Source of the DNA: Utricularia gibba
Taxonomy: Eukaryota; Plantae; Magnoliophyta
DNA: 64,000 nucleotides
NCBI GenBank assembly: GCA_002189035.1
Contig: NEEC01000013.1
Span: forward strand, 992,001 to 1,056,000
Direction of reading: 5' to 3'
In this document: positions 39,894 through 53,341 of the stretch, piece after piece
Layout of the letters: each line of letters begins with the position of its first letter
Position numbering within the stretch: the first letter of the stretch is position 1
Program-made: the position numbers and the translations under genes
The notes under the pieces: model-generated
The model's database searches: none
What the model was told of the DNA's origin: nothing
What the model saw: only the letters and a program-made list of their open reading frames with translations

Positions 39894-41983
39894 ATGCAGA
39901 TTCCCAAATCCAGGTAGTTTTTTTTTTCTTCTGGTGAATGTTGTAGCACTTGCGTTACTAGTTTTTTATCAGATTTTCCTGACCTTCGTCCAGCTTCTGT
40001 AAATCCTGAAGTTCAATATCTGTAACTTTGGAGATTGTAAAATTCATCACTACTGCAAGATCATTTCTGGGGTTGGTTGTCATTAACTCAGTGATCATTG
40101 TCTTTTCAATGGTTTCCAGAGCTAGTTCAGGAAGCAATGCACCCCAGAAAACCTCTCCTCGAGCTTCTTCGGAGGCGTCTCGCAAGAACTCGCCACGATC
40201 ATCGACTTCAGATGTACCGGAAAAGGTTTCTCCAAGAGTGGCACGTCAGCTGAAAGCAACCCCACATAATTCCGAGCCTACAGATTCTTCTTCCAGCATT
40301 GCAGCAAGAGCGTCCAAGGGAAGTCCTAAAGTTGTCTCTGAGGTATGAAAATATGCTCTCAGCTTGCAGCACTTACGTTGTTTTCTAACAAAACAATTGA
40401 TTAACTTTCAGAAAAAAAACAATGGCAAAGTTGGTGAACTGGAATCTCAGGTTTCTGTTCTTAAAAGTGATTTGCAAGTTGTGAAGGATCAGTTATCTGC
40501 TACTGAGGAATTGAAGAAGCAAGCTCAGCTAGAAGCTGAAGAATCTAACCAAAAGCTGTTAGCCCTATCCTTGAAGCTCATTGAATCTCAAAGGCAACTT
40601 CTACAGCATTCGGCTGCACCGGAAGAAGGGGGTGAGAATTTGGAGAAAGATTCTCAGGGAATTGAGTCTGAACTTGAAGAGGATGCACAATTGAAGAGTA
40701 ATGAGAAGTCTGCATTGGCCTCTGCATTAGATGAGGTTAGAAAGCTCAAAGCACAGCTTGAAATGGAAGCTGAATCTAAAGCCAGAAACTTGAAGGAGTT
40801 GGAAGATGAGGAAACCGAGATGCAAGAAGTGAAACAGAAGTTATCGGAGACACTGCTGCTTGTAGAAGACATGAAAAGCCAGCTAAGGGAAGCTAAAGAA
40901 TCTGAACTTCATGCCCAAGGAGTTGTTGGAGAGATATCAGAGAAACTGGAAATGGCTAAAAAGATGGTGGAAACTCTGAAGCTGGATGGGCTAAAAACCT
41001 CTGAAGCCTATGATAACATTGCATGTGAGCTCGAGCAGTCAAGGGCTCGCGCAGATTCCCTGGAGGAGCTTGTCAAAAAACTCGAATCTGAAACCGAGTG
41101 CGCCCCTGAAGGTGATTGTAGAGCTGCAAATGATAAGAGGGAAATGGAGGCAATTAAAATTGAAGTTGAACAACTAAGAATTGCTGTAGAAGCTGCTGAG
41201 ATCAGGTACAACGAGGAGCACGCTCGAAGCTCAGAGCAGGCCAGAAATGCTGTTGAGATCACAGAAAAAATCAAAGCAGAGTTGGGCCAGAGGGAAACCG
41301 AATTGGAGTTGAAGCTACAAACATCCAGGAAAGAAATCTATGAGCTGAAAGCAAATCTTATGGATAAAGAAACTGAATTGCAAGGTATATCTGAAGAGAA
41401 TGAAGCTCTTTCAGCGAAGATTGAGAAAACATTGGTTGGCCCCAGTGAATTTGAACTTGAGAAAGAGCTGCAATGTTCAAAGGTGGAAGCAGAAAAGCTT
41501 AGAGCCCTTTTGGTGGAAAAGGAGGTCCTCTTCAAAATATTATCTGAAGAAAATGAAAAGCTGAAGCTGCATATTGAAGAAACCGTCGAAGTCAATGGCA
41601 TTAGCAATTTCAAGCCTGAAACAGCAGCTGTGAGAAATACAGGAGACATGAAGATTATAGGTCTAATCGAGGAAGTTGATACGAGCAACAAAAAGGCAGC
41701 AAATGTGGCTGCACAGCTGGAGGCTGTTCAGGCAGCAAAGGCTGAGATGGAAGCCGAACTGAGGCGAGTGAAGGTGCAGTCTGACCAGTGGAGGAAAGCA
41801 GCAGAGGCTGCTACAGCGATGATTCCAGCGGGAAACAATGGCGAGCTAATGGAGCGGACTGGATCGATGGGAAGCCACTTCAGCAGTATGGAATCCCCGT
41901 ATGCAGATGATCTGGACGACGAGCTTCTGAAGAAGAAAAACCCAAGCATGCTGACAAGGCTTTGGAGGAAGCCACAGAAGTAG
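39894..41983 (+). CDS. ICR3: Interactor of constitutive active ROPs (ICR3/RIP5-like) coiled-coil scaffold, 604 aa; exons 39894-39913, 40120-40342, 40412-41983
   Basis: MQIPKSR start, VSPRVARQLK, ELESQVS, ELKANLMDKETELQGISEENE, QSDQWRKAAEAA (QWRKAA motif), DDELLKKKN..LWRKPQK. Confidence 0.9.
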
Positions 41984-42471
41984 ACTTTTGATATGTCGCT
42001 CGGTGTATTCTCACACTGCTCTCCAAAAGCACTACCTTTCTTCCGACCCCGTCATCTAGAAAATTAACTCACGCTTTTGATGACTGAGATTTCCTTCACA
42101 TCAAATCCGCGTTCCAACTCGCAATTCTTGGTCTTCTGATACTACAGTTCTTGTATACATCCTTCTCTTCGCGACCGGTGAACGCCAACGATTTTCTCAT
42201 GACAAATCACGCACACTCTCCCTGAACACGGCAACATAAAATAATAAAAAAAACCAGAATATTCAGTAGAGAAGAATACGTATGCTGTTCTAATTGGTAA
42301 GTGATTGGATGAATATGAGTTTATGAATTAATTTGAAAAGTACCAATCCTCTCAAAACCTTTTGTAAAATACTCATTCTTAATATTTTTTTTATAAATAA
42401 ATGTTAAAAAAACGAAATACACTGAAATGTCAATCAGTGTATTTCCTGATTTTGTTTTTTTATATATGATA

Positions 42472-42495
42472 ATATATATATATATATATATATAT
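42472..42495. repeat. (AT)12 microsatellite
   Basis: Direct reading. Confidence 0.9.
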
Positions 42496-44513
42496 GCATA
42501 TTCATTATTTTATTAAAATTATATGAAACAATAATCAATAATATATTATAGAATTTAAATTGTATACTATTGAAAAACATTGTAATAAAATTTGATATAT
42601 AATATTATTAAATCTAAAAGATATAAAATGAATAGTAATATATATATTAGGTAACAATTATCCATATATTGTAATATTGAATCATTTCGTAAAAAAATAC
42701 GTAAATATTAAATTTAATTATTATATTAAATGATTTAATGTCTCTATTAATAATATAATTGGTGTATAACAGTTTATTTGAAATATATATATTTTTAAAA
42801 AATAACTAAATATAAATATTTTTCAAACGCTTCTTGGAATCACAAGCAACGCCCAATATATTTTGGAAGCCGCTTGAATAAGAAGCCACACCCATCAAAG
42901 ATCTCATAAGTGAATACATATTGCATCCAAAGAGCATTTCGATAAAGTGATACAGTTTTGATCAACAACTTTTAAAATTGTCTTCAAAATATTTTCATTT
43001 ATTAAAACAACTAAATCTTTGTATTCATGATAAAATTACATTGTGTATATTAGTAATTTAAACAACAATCATAAATATAACTTGATTTGTATTTAAACTA
43101 TATATTATTAAAAACAATTTGTAATAAAATGAGATATATTGTATTGTATTATTTAAAAATATAAAATAAATATTGATATAACTATTTGATAATTATTATC
43201 GATATAGTTTCATAGTAAATCAATACGAAAAATGAATAAATACTGTATATTTTTCATGCGCTGCTTAGAGTAACAAGTAGCGTCCAGTATCTTGTGGGCG
43301 CCGCTTCGAACAAGAAGCACGGTGTTTCTAGTAATACATTCAGGATAACTGGACGCAACTTGTTTATAGTAATAGTCTTTAGAAATATGTTTAATCCGAT
43401 AGAGTTATACAGTATTGACTTATAAAGAGGAGATTGAGAGTTGTAGCATTTCATCAAAAAATATTTATTATTCTGTATTCTTTACAAGAATTCTGTATTT
43501 TGATTATTGGATGGATCATTGTAATAATTGAAATTGAAGCCCCTTTAATATAACTGAACTATTATAATAAGACTACATGTACTTATATTTTAGAGACTCA
43601 TAAAGCTCTTAATGTTCATGTATTTCTGCAATTGGAGGCTTCCCACGTCGAAATGTTTCTACATAGCTATGCACATCATCTACTTCATATAATCCTTTCA
43701 AGAATAATCGAAGTTATCCATCACTTTGTAGTGCATTGTCATGTAAGTAAAGGGAAATATTGCATTGTTTACCTGTTAAAAACGATTAAAAAAATTAGCA
43801 CATTTGGATTCTACAATAGAGACATACAATGATAACACGTTACCGGATTTAGGAGTGACTTTTCTGATGAATCATTAATCAATAATGTATTATTAGTATT
43901 GTAACGATAATTAAAGGTTGTGTTGCCATCCCATACACCTCGCAAATCCTTAAATTTAATAGTGCTGAAGCTTCCACCAATGGCAATTCACGTGTCAGTG
44001 CACTTACTTATACCCAATAAAACGCTAGATCTCTTCGACAACAAGTCCACTACAAAGCAAAAAGAGTCATTATAAAATACACCAATGAATTGTTATTCTA
44101 TAAACTTACTCTTTTCGTGAGGACCAAATGGCCACATCAAACATTTCCAAGCACCAAGATATAAATTCGCTACAATTTGGTCTTAAATAAACTGTAATAA
44201 AAAAAACGATACAATCGTGTTCGAATGTGAAGCTCTGGGCAAATATAGGTGTTAGATAGAACTTTCCCATCAGGTAACTTCAATGTTGCTGATTACTAGT
44301 GGTGCTTTTCGATTTTTCAGATTACATTGCAATATATCACTTCTTATACAATTGTCGTCCATGTGAATGTGTAATGACTTATTCATTCGTAGTGATGATA
44401 GATTATGTACTTCTGTTGATATTGGTGTGAGAAAAATGAAATATTAGTTGAACTACATTCAACAAAATATATTATTATTCATGTGTATCTTGCTAATAGC
44501 ATTTTCAGTTAAA

Positions 44514-44864
44514 ATGGTGAACCTATTTCGTGCTAAATATGGTATTCCACATGATTATACTCTTGTGATACCAAGTGGTCAATCTACTCCTGGTATGACA
44601 ATTCCCATTAAGTATGATGCATAGACGGTAATCCCAGTGAAGTCATTTGAAATTGACATAAAATTTCATTTGAATATGTATTTTATCAACTTACTCACTC
44701 ACTTAAATCTTCCACTGGGTGCACTTACACCATCAGCATTGCTTATGGCATTTACATTCTTGCAATTTTGCAATTTTACTTCCTCTAACAAATCTGCTGC
44801 TCTTGGCCCTGACTTGCAGATTGCCGTCATGACAGTGTACTCATTGCCCTCTGCAGCCTGGTAA
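44514..44864 (+). pseudogene. Decayed fragment resembling the 'putative gypsy-type transposon' (Transposase_28-like) domain
   Basis: FRAKYGIPHDYTLVIP...IKFHLNMYFINLLTHLNLPLGALTPSA matches the FR.KY.IP / LRFPL..FF..LL....L..GQLTPN pattern. In-frame TAG at 44622-44624. Confidence 0.55.
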
Positions 44865-46129
44865 CTTGCACGAAATCCAGATTTCTTCCTTGACTTTCGG
44901 GTTACTACTACACTCCAAAATTGGGTTAGACATGGGGTGGGCTAAATCTGATTTAACCCACTAATTACATCAAAAATCGCATTTTCCCTAATCAAATAAA
45001 AATACTTAAAATTATAAAATTAGCATTTAAACATAATTAAAAATTTATGATTTTTCATATCCTAAAACATGAAAATTTGTGTGTTATCACGCCCAAAAAT
45101 ATGTTAGGCGCTACTTATTATTCTAAGCGGCGTCTAATACATCTTGGGCATTGCTTGTTATTCAAAGCAACATACAAAATATATACATTAGTTTCTTTAA
45201 TATAATCAAAAAATTTGTCATGCACACAAAGATTTTGTTGTTTTAATGGATGAAAATATTTTGGGGACAACCCTCAGGTTGTTGATCAAAACTATATCAC
45301 TCTATCGGAATATGCATGTTTCGAAAGAGTGATACAATATGTGTTCACTTATAAGACATTTCCTGGGCGGCTTCCAACTCGAAATGGCGCCCAAAATATG
45401 TTGGATGCTAATTGTGATTCTAAGAAGCATTTGATAAATATTTATGTTTATTTATTTTATAAAAAATATATGTTTCAAATAAATTGTTATATATATTAAT
45501 TATATCATTAATATAGATATATTTCCAATATTTTAGGATTAAACATAATATGGTGAAATCATTTAATGTAATAATTAAAAATAATATTTACGTATTTTTT
45601 TACGAAATGATTCAATATTATAATATATGGATAATTGTTACCTAATATTTATATTACTATTTATTTTATATATTTTAGATTTAATAATATTATATATTAA
45701 ATTTTATTACAATGTTTTTTTAATAATACAATTTAAATTATATAATATATTATTGATTATTTTTTTATAATATTAATAAAATAATGAATATACATATAGT
45801 TTTATACATATACATATAATCTCATATATAAAAAAACAAAATCAGGAAATAAATTGACATATCAGTGTATTTCGTTTTTTTAATGTTTATTTATAAAATC
45901 AATATTAAGGATGGATATTTTTAAAGAATGGGTATTTTTCAAATTAAGTAAGGTAGAGATGGGTAATTTTAAAATGTACTTTAGTTTCTCTTCTCTCCTG
46001 TGTGTCCTTTCCGGTTTGCTCATCATATCAATCAGATTCCGTGCTCTGTAACTCAGCAAGTTTACTCTTTTAAGCTTCCGAATTCAGTGGAGGGGTCTGG
46101 AATAGCAGGACTGGTCTTTGCGGCGTTAG

Positions 46130-46904
46130 GATATGCAGCAGTCTCCTTCCTGTCTTTTAACGATCTGGGTGATAATCCAGGGGCCCGAAAGCAGAAGATG
46201 AGAAAGGGGAGAGGATTCGGCTCCGGCAACGCGGAAACACCTGACCGGGGACACAAGGGTCAGAAAGCCCCCGGCGCCATGAAATTCAGGTATTAAGCTG
46301 GGAAACCTTTTACGCCGCCGCGTGCCTATACGCGGTTTTCAGAATCCCTTCAGTTCCACATGCCAATCGTTTTCCTAGTTATTTTGTACTCAGTTCCCAC
46401 AGCCTGATCCTATGCAGGCTGATAAAGGACTCATTTGTTACTTCCCTGCTTGAATTTTGTTTGCTTCAGTAGAGAACTAAGCCGATCGCTTCCTCTTGAA
46501 ATAATGGGTCTAGAGTAAATCTGCTTTCTTGGTGATGCATGTTCCTAAATGAGACTTACACCATCCTTTCTGGGTTTCATATGAATGAAAATTTTCATTT
46601 GAAACATGAACTGATGTGGAGAATTTTGGTGGCTTTAGTGCACATACAGCCAGTTAAGCTTGGGACAATTGCGACGCTGGTCAGTGCTGGGAAGACTGAT
46701 TCATCACTATGAACAACCTTGATTCTTCAGCAGCCACAGTAAGAGCAAATGCCGCAGCTGAAGATGGGACGCAGGTGAACGAGTAGGATGGGTTTTATGA
46801 AAATAAGCCGGATGCTGAGACGGGAGTGGTCCAACAAGAAAGGCGGCGAGCCCCCACCGAAGCAGAGCCGCAGTGTCGGCCGGCTTCCTCCCAGCGTTAA
46901 ATGA
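46130..46904 (+). pseudogene. Non-processed pseudogene of mitochondrial ribosomal protein uL15m
   Basis: [32 protein letters not shown], then TAA at 46294-46296 and a frameshift (LRRRVPIRGFQNPF). After an intron come PVKLGTIATLVSAGK, TVRANAAAE and EW..KKG..PPPKQ..VGRLP, with further stops and deletions. Confidence 0.85.
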
Positions 46905-47965
46905 GCCGCACGCAGCATAAGTAGTTACTCATCTGTTCCTTTGTCATCCAATGTCTTTTATTTCTTAGTTCCCTGCCTAAACCCAAACATCCCCTGCCCA
47001 GTTCCTTCCATACAAAAACATATCCTCTTTCAAATCGCCTGGAACATCCCTGCACCTTCGTCTTGATTCAGAGGGAGGGAGGGGTTCCCTGTCCAATGGA
47101 GATAAGGGCGCTATTGTCCTTTCACTCTCCGCCTTCATTCTCCAACTGACACCTGGAAGAGAATCTAAAGAGGATTTAAATTATTTGTATATAGATTATT
47201 AGGGTTGCATTAGATTTAGGTTAAGAACTTATTAACCATCCATGTCAAATTTTAATTTACTTTGAATTTAGTAAAAAAATAAAATAAATACACTTAATTT
47301 CCTAAAATATTATATCAAGGTTTACGAAAACCCAATTTTAAATATTATATCAAGATTTAATTATTTTTAATTTACGTTTTCACATACTTTTTCCTACCAA
47401 ACCAACCTTCTCCAATCAAATAAGGTTAAGATTTTGCTTTGGTTAGTGAATTATGATTTTTTTTGATTAACTTAATAAAAGAACATGAACATTTTTTGTG
47501 TGTGATAAAATTAAATTAAAGTATACAAACATAGGTATTCGTGTTCATTATAATAATCATAGTTAAGAGTGTTTGGTTAGTGAATTATGATTTTATTTAA
47601 CTTGTTTCGTTGAATGCTTAAATTATATATATTAAATTACTAATATATCTTTAAACTAGGTTTAAATATTAATTTAACATTGGGAAAAATTAAGTATTTG
47701 TTTATTAAATCTAGTTTTACTACTCATTTTATCCACGTCAACCAAAAGGCAGAGTAGGTGCCTCTAGTAATTAAGGTGAAAGTGGATGAGGGCAAAACTG
47801 TAGTCAATAAATAAATGTAATTCATTAAAATGGGCTCATTTTTCCCCCACAATTTAGCGTAAATAAAATAATTATTTTTCATGATATTTTCAGAAAAAAA
47901 CAGGGTATGTGTATGATCGTGGTCACGGATGGAGGCCTGGTCAATCACACGGACATCTGTTGCGC

Positions 47966-48234
47966 CACGTGTCCCGGATCTGGGTGAACCCCCTTCCCAC
48001 GCGCCGCGCCTGAGCATTAAATCTCTGCCCCGGGGTTGCTTCACGCGCCACGTCGATGAAACACGGGCCGTTGGATGTGTCTCCCGGGATGCCGCCACGT
48101 GACGAGTACTCGGGAAAAAAAGGGGGAGAAGGGCGAATAATAACGCACCACATGCGTGTCAGGAAAGCAACAAAATTTGGCCCACCATATCGTGTTACAA
48201 TCGCATTAGTCCACGTACTCCACGTGTAACCGAC
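47966..48234 (+). promoter_or_regulatory. Cluster of ABRE/G-box, CE3-like and DRE/CRT motifs upstream of the clade A PP2C
   Basis: CACGTGTC 47966, CACGCG 48042, CCACGTC 48048, CACGTG 48096, CACGTA 48212, CACGTG 48221, ACCGAC 48229. Confidence 0.7.
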
Positions 48235-48534
48235 AGGTGTCCTCAATCGACGGCCACGATTGACTCTCTCGTATTCCAGCGTCATTACCAACTGTCGGAT
48301 ACATTTCCCTTTCCCTACCCGCGGTCACCTGCCCGCTTCATCAAACCCCTGCTATAATGGCTGCTTCCCCTTCCCTTCGATACTCCTTCCTTTCTCCTTC
48401 CCTGGATTCTCCCAATCCTCATCTCAAACTGCGAGCTTTCTGATCCCACAGTCGTTCGTTGGATTTGAATCCCAGGATTTTGTCTTTGTTTTCGTTTTCG
48501 TTTGGCTGTTGGGGTTGTTGTTTGGAATCCGATC

Positions 48535-49948
48535 ATGGCCGGGCTCTGCTGCGGGGTGAATTTGGGGGAAGCAGAGGGGGCGACGGCGGTGGAAACCATC
48601 CCCAGTTCTAAGACCTCGCTAAGGAAGCGAGTCGAGATGCATAACTTTAACTTTTTGCCTATGGATTCCGCCGTCGCGCCGGTATTGGAAGGCGGTGGTA
48701 AGAGAATCAAGTGTAAGATTGACCCTGCGGTGGTTCCCATTATTTCTCCGAGGCCGCGTTTGAACGATTCAGCGGACTCCGAAACGGGGAAGGGAACGGA
48801 GAAATCGTCGTCGGGGTCCGGTAGTGAAGTCGATTTGTCGTCGGGGATTCCGAAATTCGGAATGACGTCTGTTTGTGGACGGCGACGAGATATGGAAGAC
48901 GCGGTTGCGATTCATCCTTCTTTGTTTGGGAAGAATCAGGATTGCCCCTCTGGGTTGCATTTCTTTGGCGTCTACGACGGCCATGGCTGCTCTCACGTTA
49001 GTATTTTGTGTCTTACTTTTTGGACCTCTGGTTTCACCGTCGGCCGGGATCTGAATCTTTCTTTCGGTTCCAGGTTGCCGCGAGGTGCCGGGACCGGATG
49101 CACGAAATAGTGAAGGCGGAGCACGAGAGCGGCGGAACGTCGTCGTGGGAGGAAACGATGGTGACAAGCTTCGCAAAGATGGACAAGGAGGTCGGCGCTT
49201 GGTGCAGTAGCGGCTCTGAAACTTCCAGCTGCCGCTGCGAACTCAAGACCCCCAGTGCGACGCGGTCGGATCCACGGCGGTGGTCGCCGTCGTGACTCCC
49301 GATAAAATAATCGTCTCCAATTGCGGCGATTCTCGCGCCGTCCTTTGCCGAAATGGCGTCGCGATTCCCCTCTCCGTCGATCACAAGGTGAGTTAGAGTT
49401 TGAGATTGTCTAGAGCGCTCATAAAAATTAGACCTCTAACATTGCATCTTCTTCTCCTCTATTCTTGCTCAGCCTGACCGCCCGGACGAACTCAACCGCA
49501 TACAAGAAGCCGGCGGCCGTGTCATTTTCTGGGATGGCCCCCGCGTCCTCGGCATGCTCGCCATGTCTCGAGCCATCGGTAAACCAAAAAACAACCCATT
49601 TTTCTCTCCTCTCCACGAAATCATGACACTAATCTCGAAAAAACCATATCTCCAGGCGACAATTACTTGAAGCCATACGTGATTTCGGAGCCGGAGGTCA
49701 CGATCTACGACCGCACGGCGGAGGACGAATGCTTGATCCTCGCGAGCGACGGCCTCTGGGACGTGGTTTCCAACGAGACGGCCTGTGGCGTGGCGCGCGC
49801 GTGTCTCCAGTCCCGGAGCTGGAGCTCCCAAAAGAGCTGCGGCGACGCGTCGATCCTTCTGACGAAGCTGGCCCTCGCCCGCCTCACCGCCGATAATGTC
49901 AGCGTCGTGGTCGTGGATTTGCGGTCGCCGCCGACGCCCCGAGATTGA
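48535..49948 (+). CDS. Clade A protein phosphatase 2C (PP2CA/HAI-like), 391 aa after a 1-nt correction at 49249-49253; exons 48535-48996, 49074-49387, 49473-49578, 49656-49948
   Basis: [54 protein letters not shown] (restored), [60 protein letters not shown]. Confidence 0.94.
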
Positions 49949-51221
49949 TTAATTACCAGTTACCCCCATCATATACTAAAAAAGTACATCATTAAAATTT
50001 TCTTGTTCAGATAGTCAATTTTAAATTTGGGAAGCCGCAGTGGCTTTTTTGTCTTTTCCCCTCAACATGAATCCCCCCTACCCGCCCCCTCGCTACATAA
50101 TTAATATTTTTGACGCCGTGAATAAATAAAGAAATAACGTCACGTGACCACACTACATTGGCTCGATGGTCGTACAGTGTGTCTTTTTCTTTACACCTCA
50201 ACGCGTCATCTGAGGACACGCGTCGGGTAGCTGTTGGCTGCCCTTTTTTTTGCTCGAATTAAAATTATGTTCGTTTAATTAAGATAACAACTCCAAATTG
50301 GGGAATCTAAGAAAGAAATCTGAACTGGAAAACATTATTTAAATGGAAAAAAAAAGGAAAAGGAAGTGTGGTGGTGTTGATTGTAGGGGCTGGGGAGCAC
50401 TTGCCTTTAAGGGTTGTGGTGCGGTGGCAGGTCACCAGTCGTGACACGTGCACACTACATAGCTGTGTTGTTTTTTCCTATTTATTTGTTAATGTAGTAT
50501 ATTTTTTTAATATTAAATTTTTGTTTCTATGTGGGATAAGTAGTTTGTTTTGTGACTTTGGTGGACCCCGATTCCACGTCCCCATAGGCATTAGTTGTTA
50601 GTGGCTTATTGGTTGTCTCAAACAAGCACTAACACCCTAGGAATGGAGTTACTCCCAAACTTTGACTATGTTAAACAAAAATTAATTTTTGAAAAATTAA
50701 AAAATGAGGGTTTATAATTTCTGAAAAGTAAGAAATATTTTAAGTTTTTTTTAAAATATAAATTATTAGTACTTGTTAACAAAATTAGGAGAAATTATTC
50801 GAAATAAAACTTTAGTTAGGAAATGACATTTTTGTGGATACTTCGTATGCCGAATAGGGTGTTTACCAATATTTTAAAAATAATGAATTCATAATTTTTA
50901 TAATTAAAAATTAATAAATCACTGAAATTGAATTTAAATTCTTGAATAAACTGAAAATAGAGTTGTACTCATTTTAAAAAATGGACCCATGGACCTTTTC
51001 TTGAAGTAAATGGGCTTTGGGTAAGTTCATGGATTCAGCTTCAAAGAAAAGGGGCCAAGAAGAGACAAACTACACTACTACAGCACGCAAGGCAAGTATC
51101 AGAAGAACCAAAAGTGTCTGGATAATCACGCGAATCCTTCACTAAGCTATGAAAATACATCTGTCTGGATAATGCAGCAACGTGCTCCTCAAACCATCAT
51201 GTTTTTTGTGACACAGAATAG

Positions 51222-52621
51222 TCATTCATCATCCCTCCTACGGTGGTGGCGAGGAGCATCCCTGTGATGGCCTGATAGGCTGTCCGTCTCTTTCCTGTAT
51301 CTGTCTTCTCGATCATTCGACCTGGATTCATATCCTTTTGACCTATTCTCATCCTTTCTGTCCCAATCTCTCCTGGGGCTTGATGCAGAGTATGACCTTG
51401 ATCTCTTGTTGGTTCTGGAATCATCGTCCTCGTCATCCATCCGTTTCTTGCTGGAGATTCTTTCATCATATTTTCTGTGAGAACTCTGTGCATCATTTTC
51501 TTTCTTCTGAGAGGAATGCCCATCGTCATCATCTCCTTTCTGATCATGCCGATTGGCTGACCTGTTATTCAAAGAATGAGATCTTCCATCCGGAGGTGAG
51601 TATTTTGGCTTTTCCTGCATCAATCTAGAGTGCCGGTCTTCTTCAGCACCCCACCCGGTATTTGCAGCTCTCTGTATTTGGTCAGTAGAATTCACTAACG
51701 ATTCCAATACCAAAGAACCAGTTCACATATAAACGCAAAGGGAACTGAATAAAAACACCCAACTTCAGAAGGACTAAGAAAGCAATGCAAAAGTTTCATG
51801 CTTGCTGTCTAACTGGGAAATTTTGCAAGAAAAAAAAAAACCTTTTTCTTTACTTTCCCAAAGTAAATGATCAGCATGAAACAAACACTGGTTCCAGGAT
51901 CTATAATTTAATTAAATTCTAAAACCTCACTTGCTCATCATGAGAAAATTTGCAGTTGTTCCTCGATCACACTGTCCTCTTTGAAACGCACGGCAGACAC
52001 CCCGTTCCTCTCTCTTTCGCTGCTTAGTTTCTTCATCCTCTTCTTCGAATTTCTTGTACCTGGTGACATGATCTACCCTAATTATACGGCCCAAAATTTG
52101 AGCCCCATTTAGATTATCTGCAAGCATACATAAAAGAGAGGATTCAGAAAGATCATACTCGTTAGTTGCAAAGCAAATACAACGGCAGCGTTCAAGGAAT
52201 GAAACGGTTATGGCAAAATCAGCAAGCAGAGTCACCAACCTACTGCAAGATTCGTACTTCTCTGATCCTCATAAGCAACAAAAGCAAAACCCTTCGATTT
52301 CCCAGTACTCTTGTCCTTAATCAAATTAACGTCAACAATTTCCCCATATCTAAACCAGCAAACAAGAAAAAAAATTACCTTCGTCCAACATATTCATATG
52401 CACGCGCAGAGATTAGAATCAAACCCAACATAAGAAAGGAAATCTTACTGAGCGAAAACGGCGAGGAGATCACCTTCAGTTAGGTCGAAAGGGATACCAC
52501 CGACGTACACATAAGCAGAATCTTTATACTTGTAATGCCATGAAGCCTCTTCTGATATCTGTAAATTTGCTTCCTTCTTGTTTATGTTCTGAATGCGCTT
52601 CACCAGAGTCAAGGGATTCAT
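51222..52621 (-). CDS. RBMX2: RBMX2/Snu17(IST3)-like RRM plus CCCH zinc-finger splicing factor, 306 aa after a 1-nt correction at 51956-51957; exons 52621-52449, 52349-52240, 52117-51931, 51671-51222
   Basis: MNPLTLVKRIQ..SWHYKYKDSAYVYVGG, KSKGFAFVAYEDQRSTNLAVDNLNG..IIRVDHV, CRAFQRGQCDRGTNCKFSH (restored), R/D-rich tail. Confidence 0.92.
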
Positions 52622-53341
52622 GAATCGAATTCGTTCCCAAATCCGTAGCAAGGGTTTGCGTTCAAGATGGGAGTGAGATAAAGATGAAAATCGGGTCGGG
52701 CCGTACTGGCCCGATCCTTACCTTACGGATTTCTCACAAATTTGACACTACAAAGCCTTCAATTTCATGACCCTAGTCGGCTTATTCATTATACCTATCC
52801 CACAAAAATTGTCACCACCCATACTATAGTGATATTGTATACTTTAGACATCTAACTTTCACAGCTTTATGTTTTTTTTCAATAAAAATGTGTTATATAA
52901 GATTAGAAATATTTCTCATTCACTTTTATGTTTGTAATTAATGTGGAATACTAAAACTAGATCTCTTACTCTACATTATTTCCTTATTACACACTCAAGA
53001 ATTTCAGTGAAATCCTTTTTGTCCCTCCATTGGTACATGTCCAGATTTTTCTTTGATATCAGATGTTACAATCCACCATTTTTTTATACAATATTATCTG
53101 TTTTGTATTCAGTAATCATGATTTTACATTCTTTTTTTTTATAAAAAATACGTCATACAATATTAGAAGTATTTCTCTATTTAGTCATGTATTCTTTCAT
53201 ATCTTTAATAAATGTGTAATATTATAAATAGTTGTTGAGCTTACATAAATAGGTCTATGATATTTTAAATAATTTTATAAATTATAAATATGAATATTAA
53301 GAAAATAATGAGTACAAACCAATAGAAAATCATTATATACT

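Larger units (their letters stand above)
42330..45945. mobile_element. Long-TIR non-autonomous element (foldback/MULE-like), ~3.6 kb with ~700-bp inverted arms
   Basis: 42441-42469 is the exact reverse complement of 45822-45850 (29/29). 42645-42710 vs 45582-45647 is 65/66. Similarity continues to ~43030 / ~45215. Exact ends and TSD not resolved. Confidence 0.8.

Noticed and set aside
47436-47600. Direct repeat TTTGGTTAGTGAATTATGATTTT about 130 bp apart
   Set aside because: Short local duplication or MITE end with no further structure; too little to call an element.
51197-51628. ORFs 51197-51547 (-) and 51338-51628 (+)
   Set aside because: Alternative frame and antisense of the RBMX2 low-complexity last exon.
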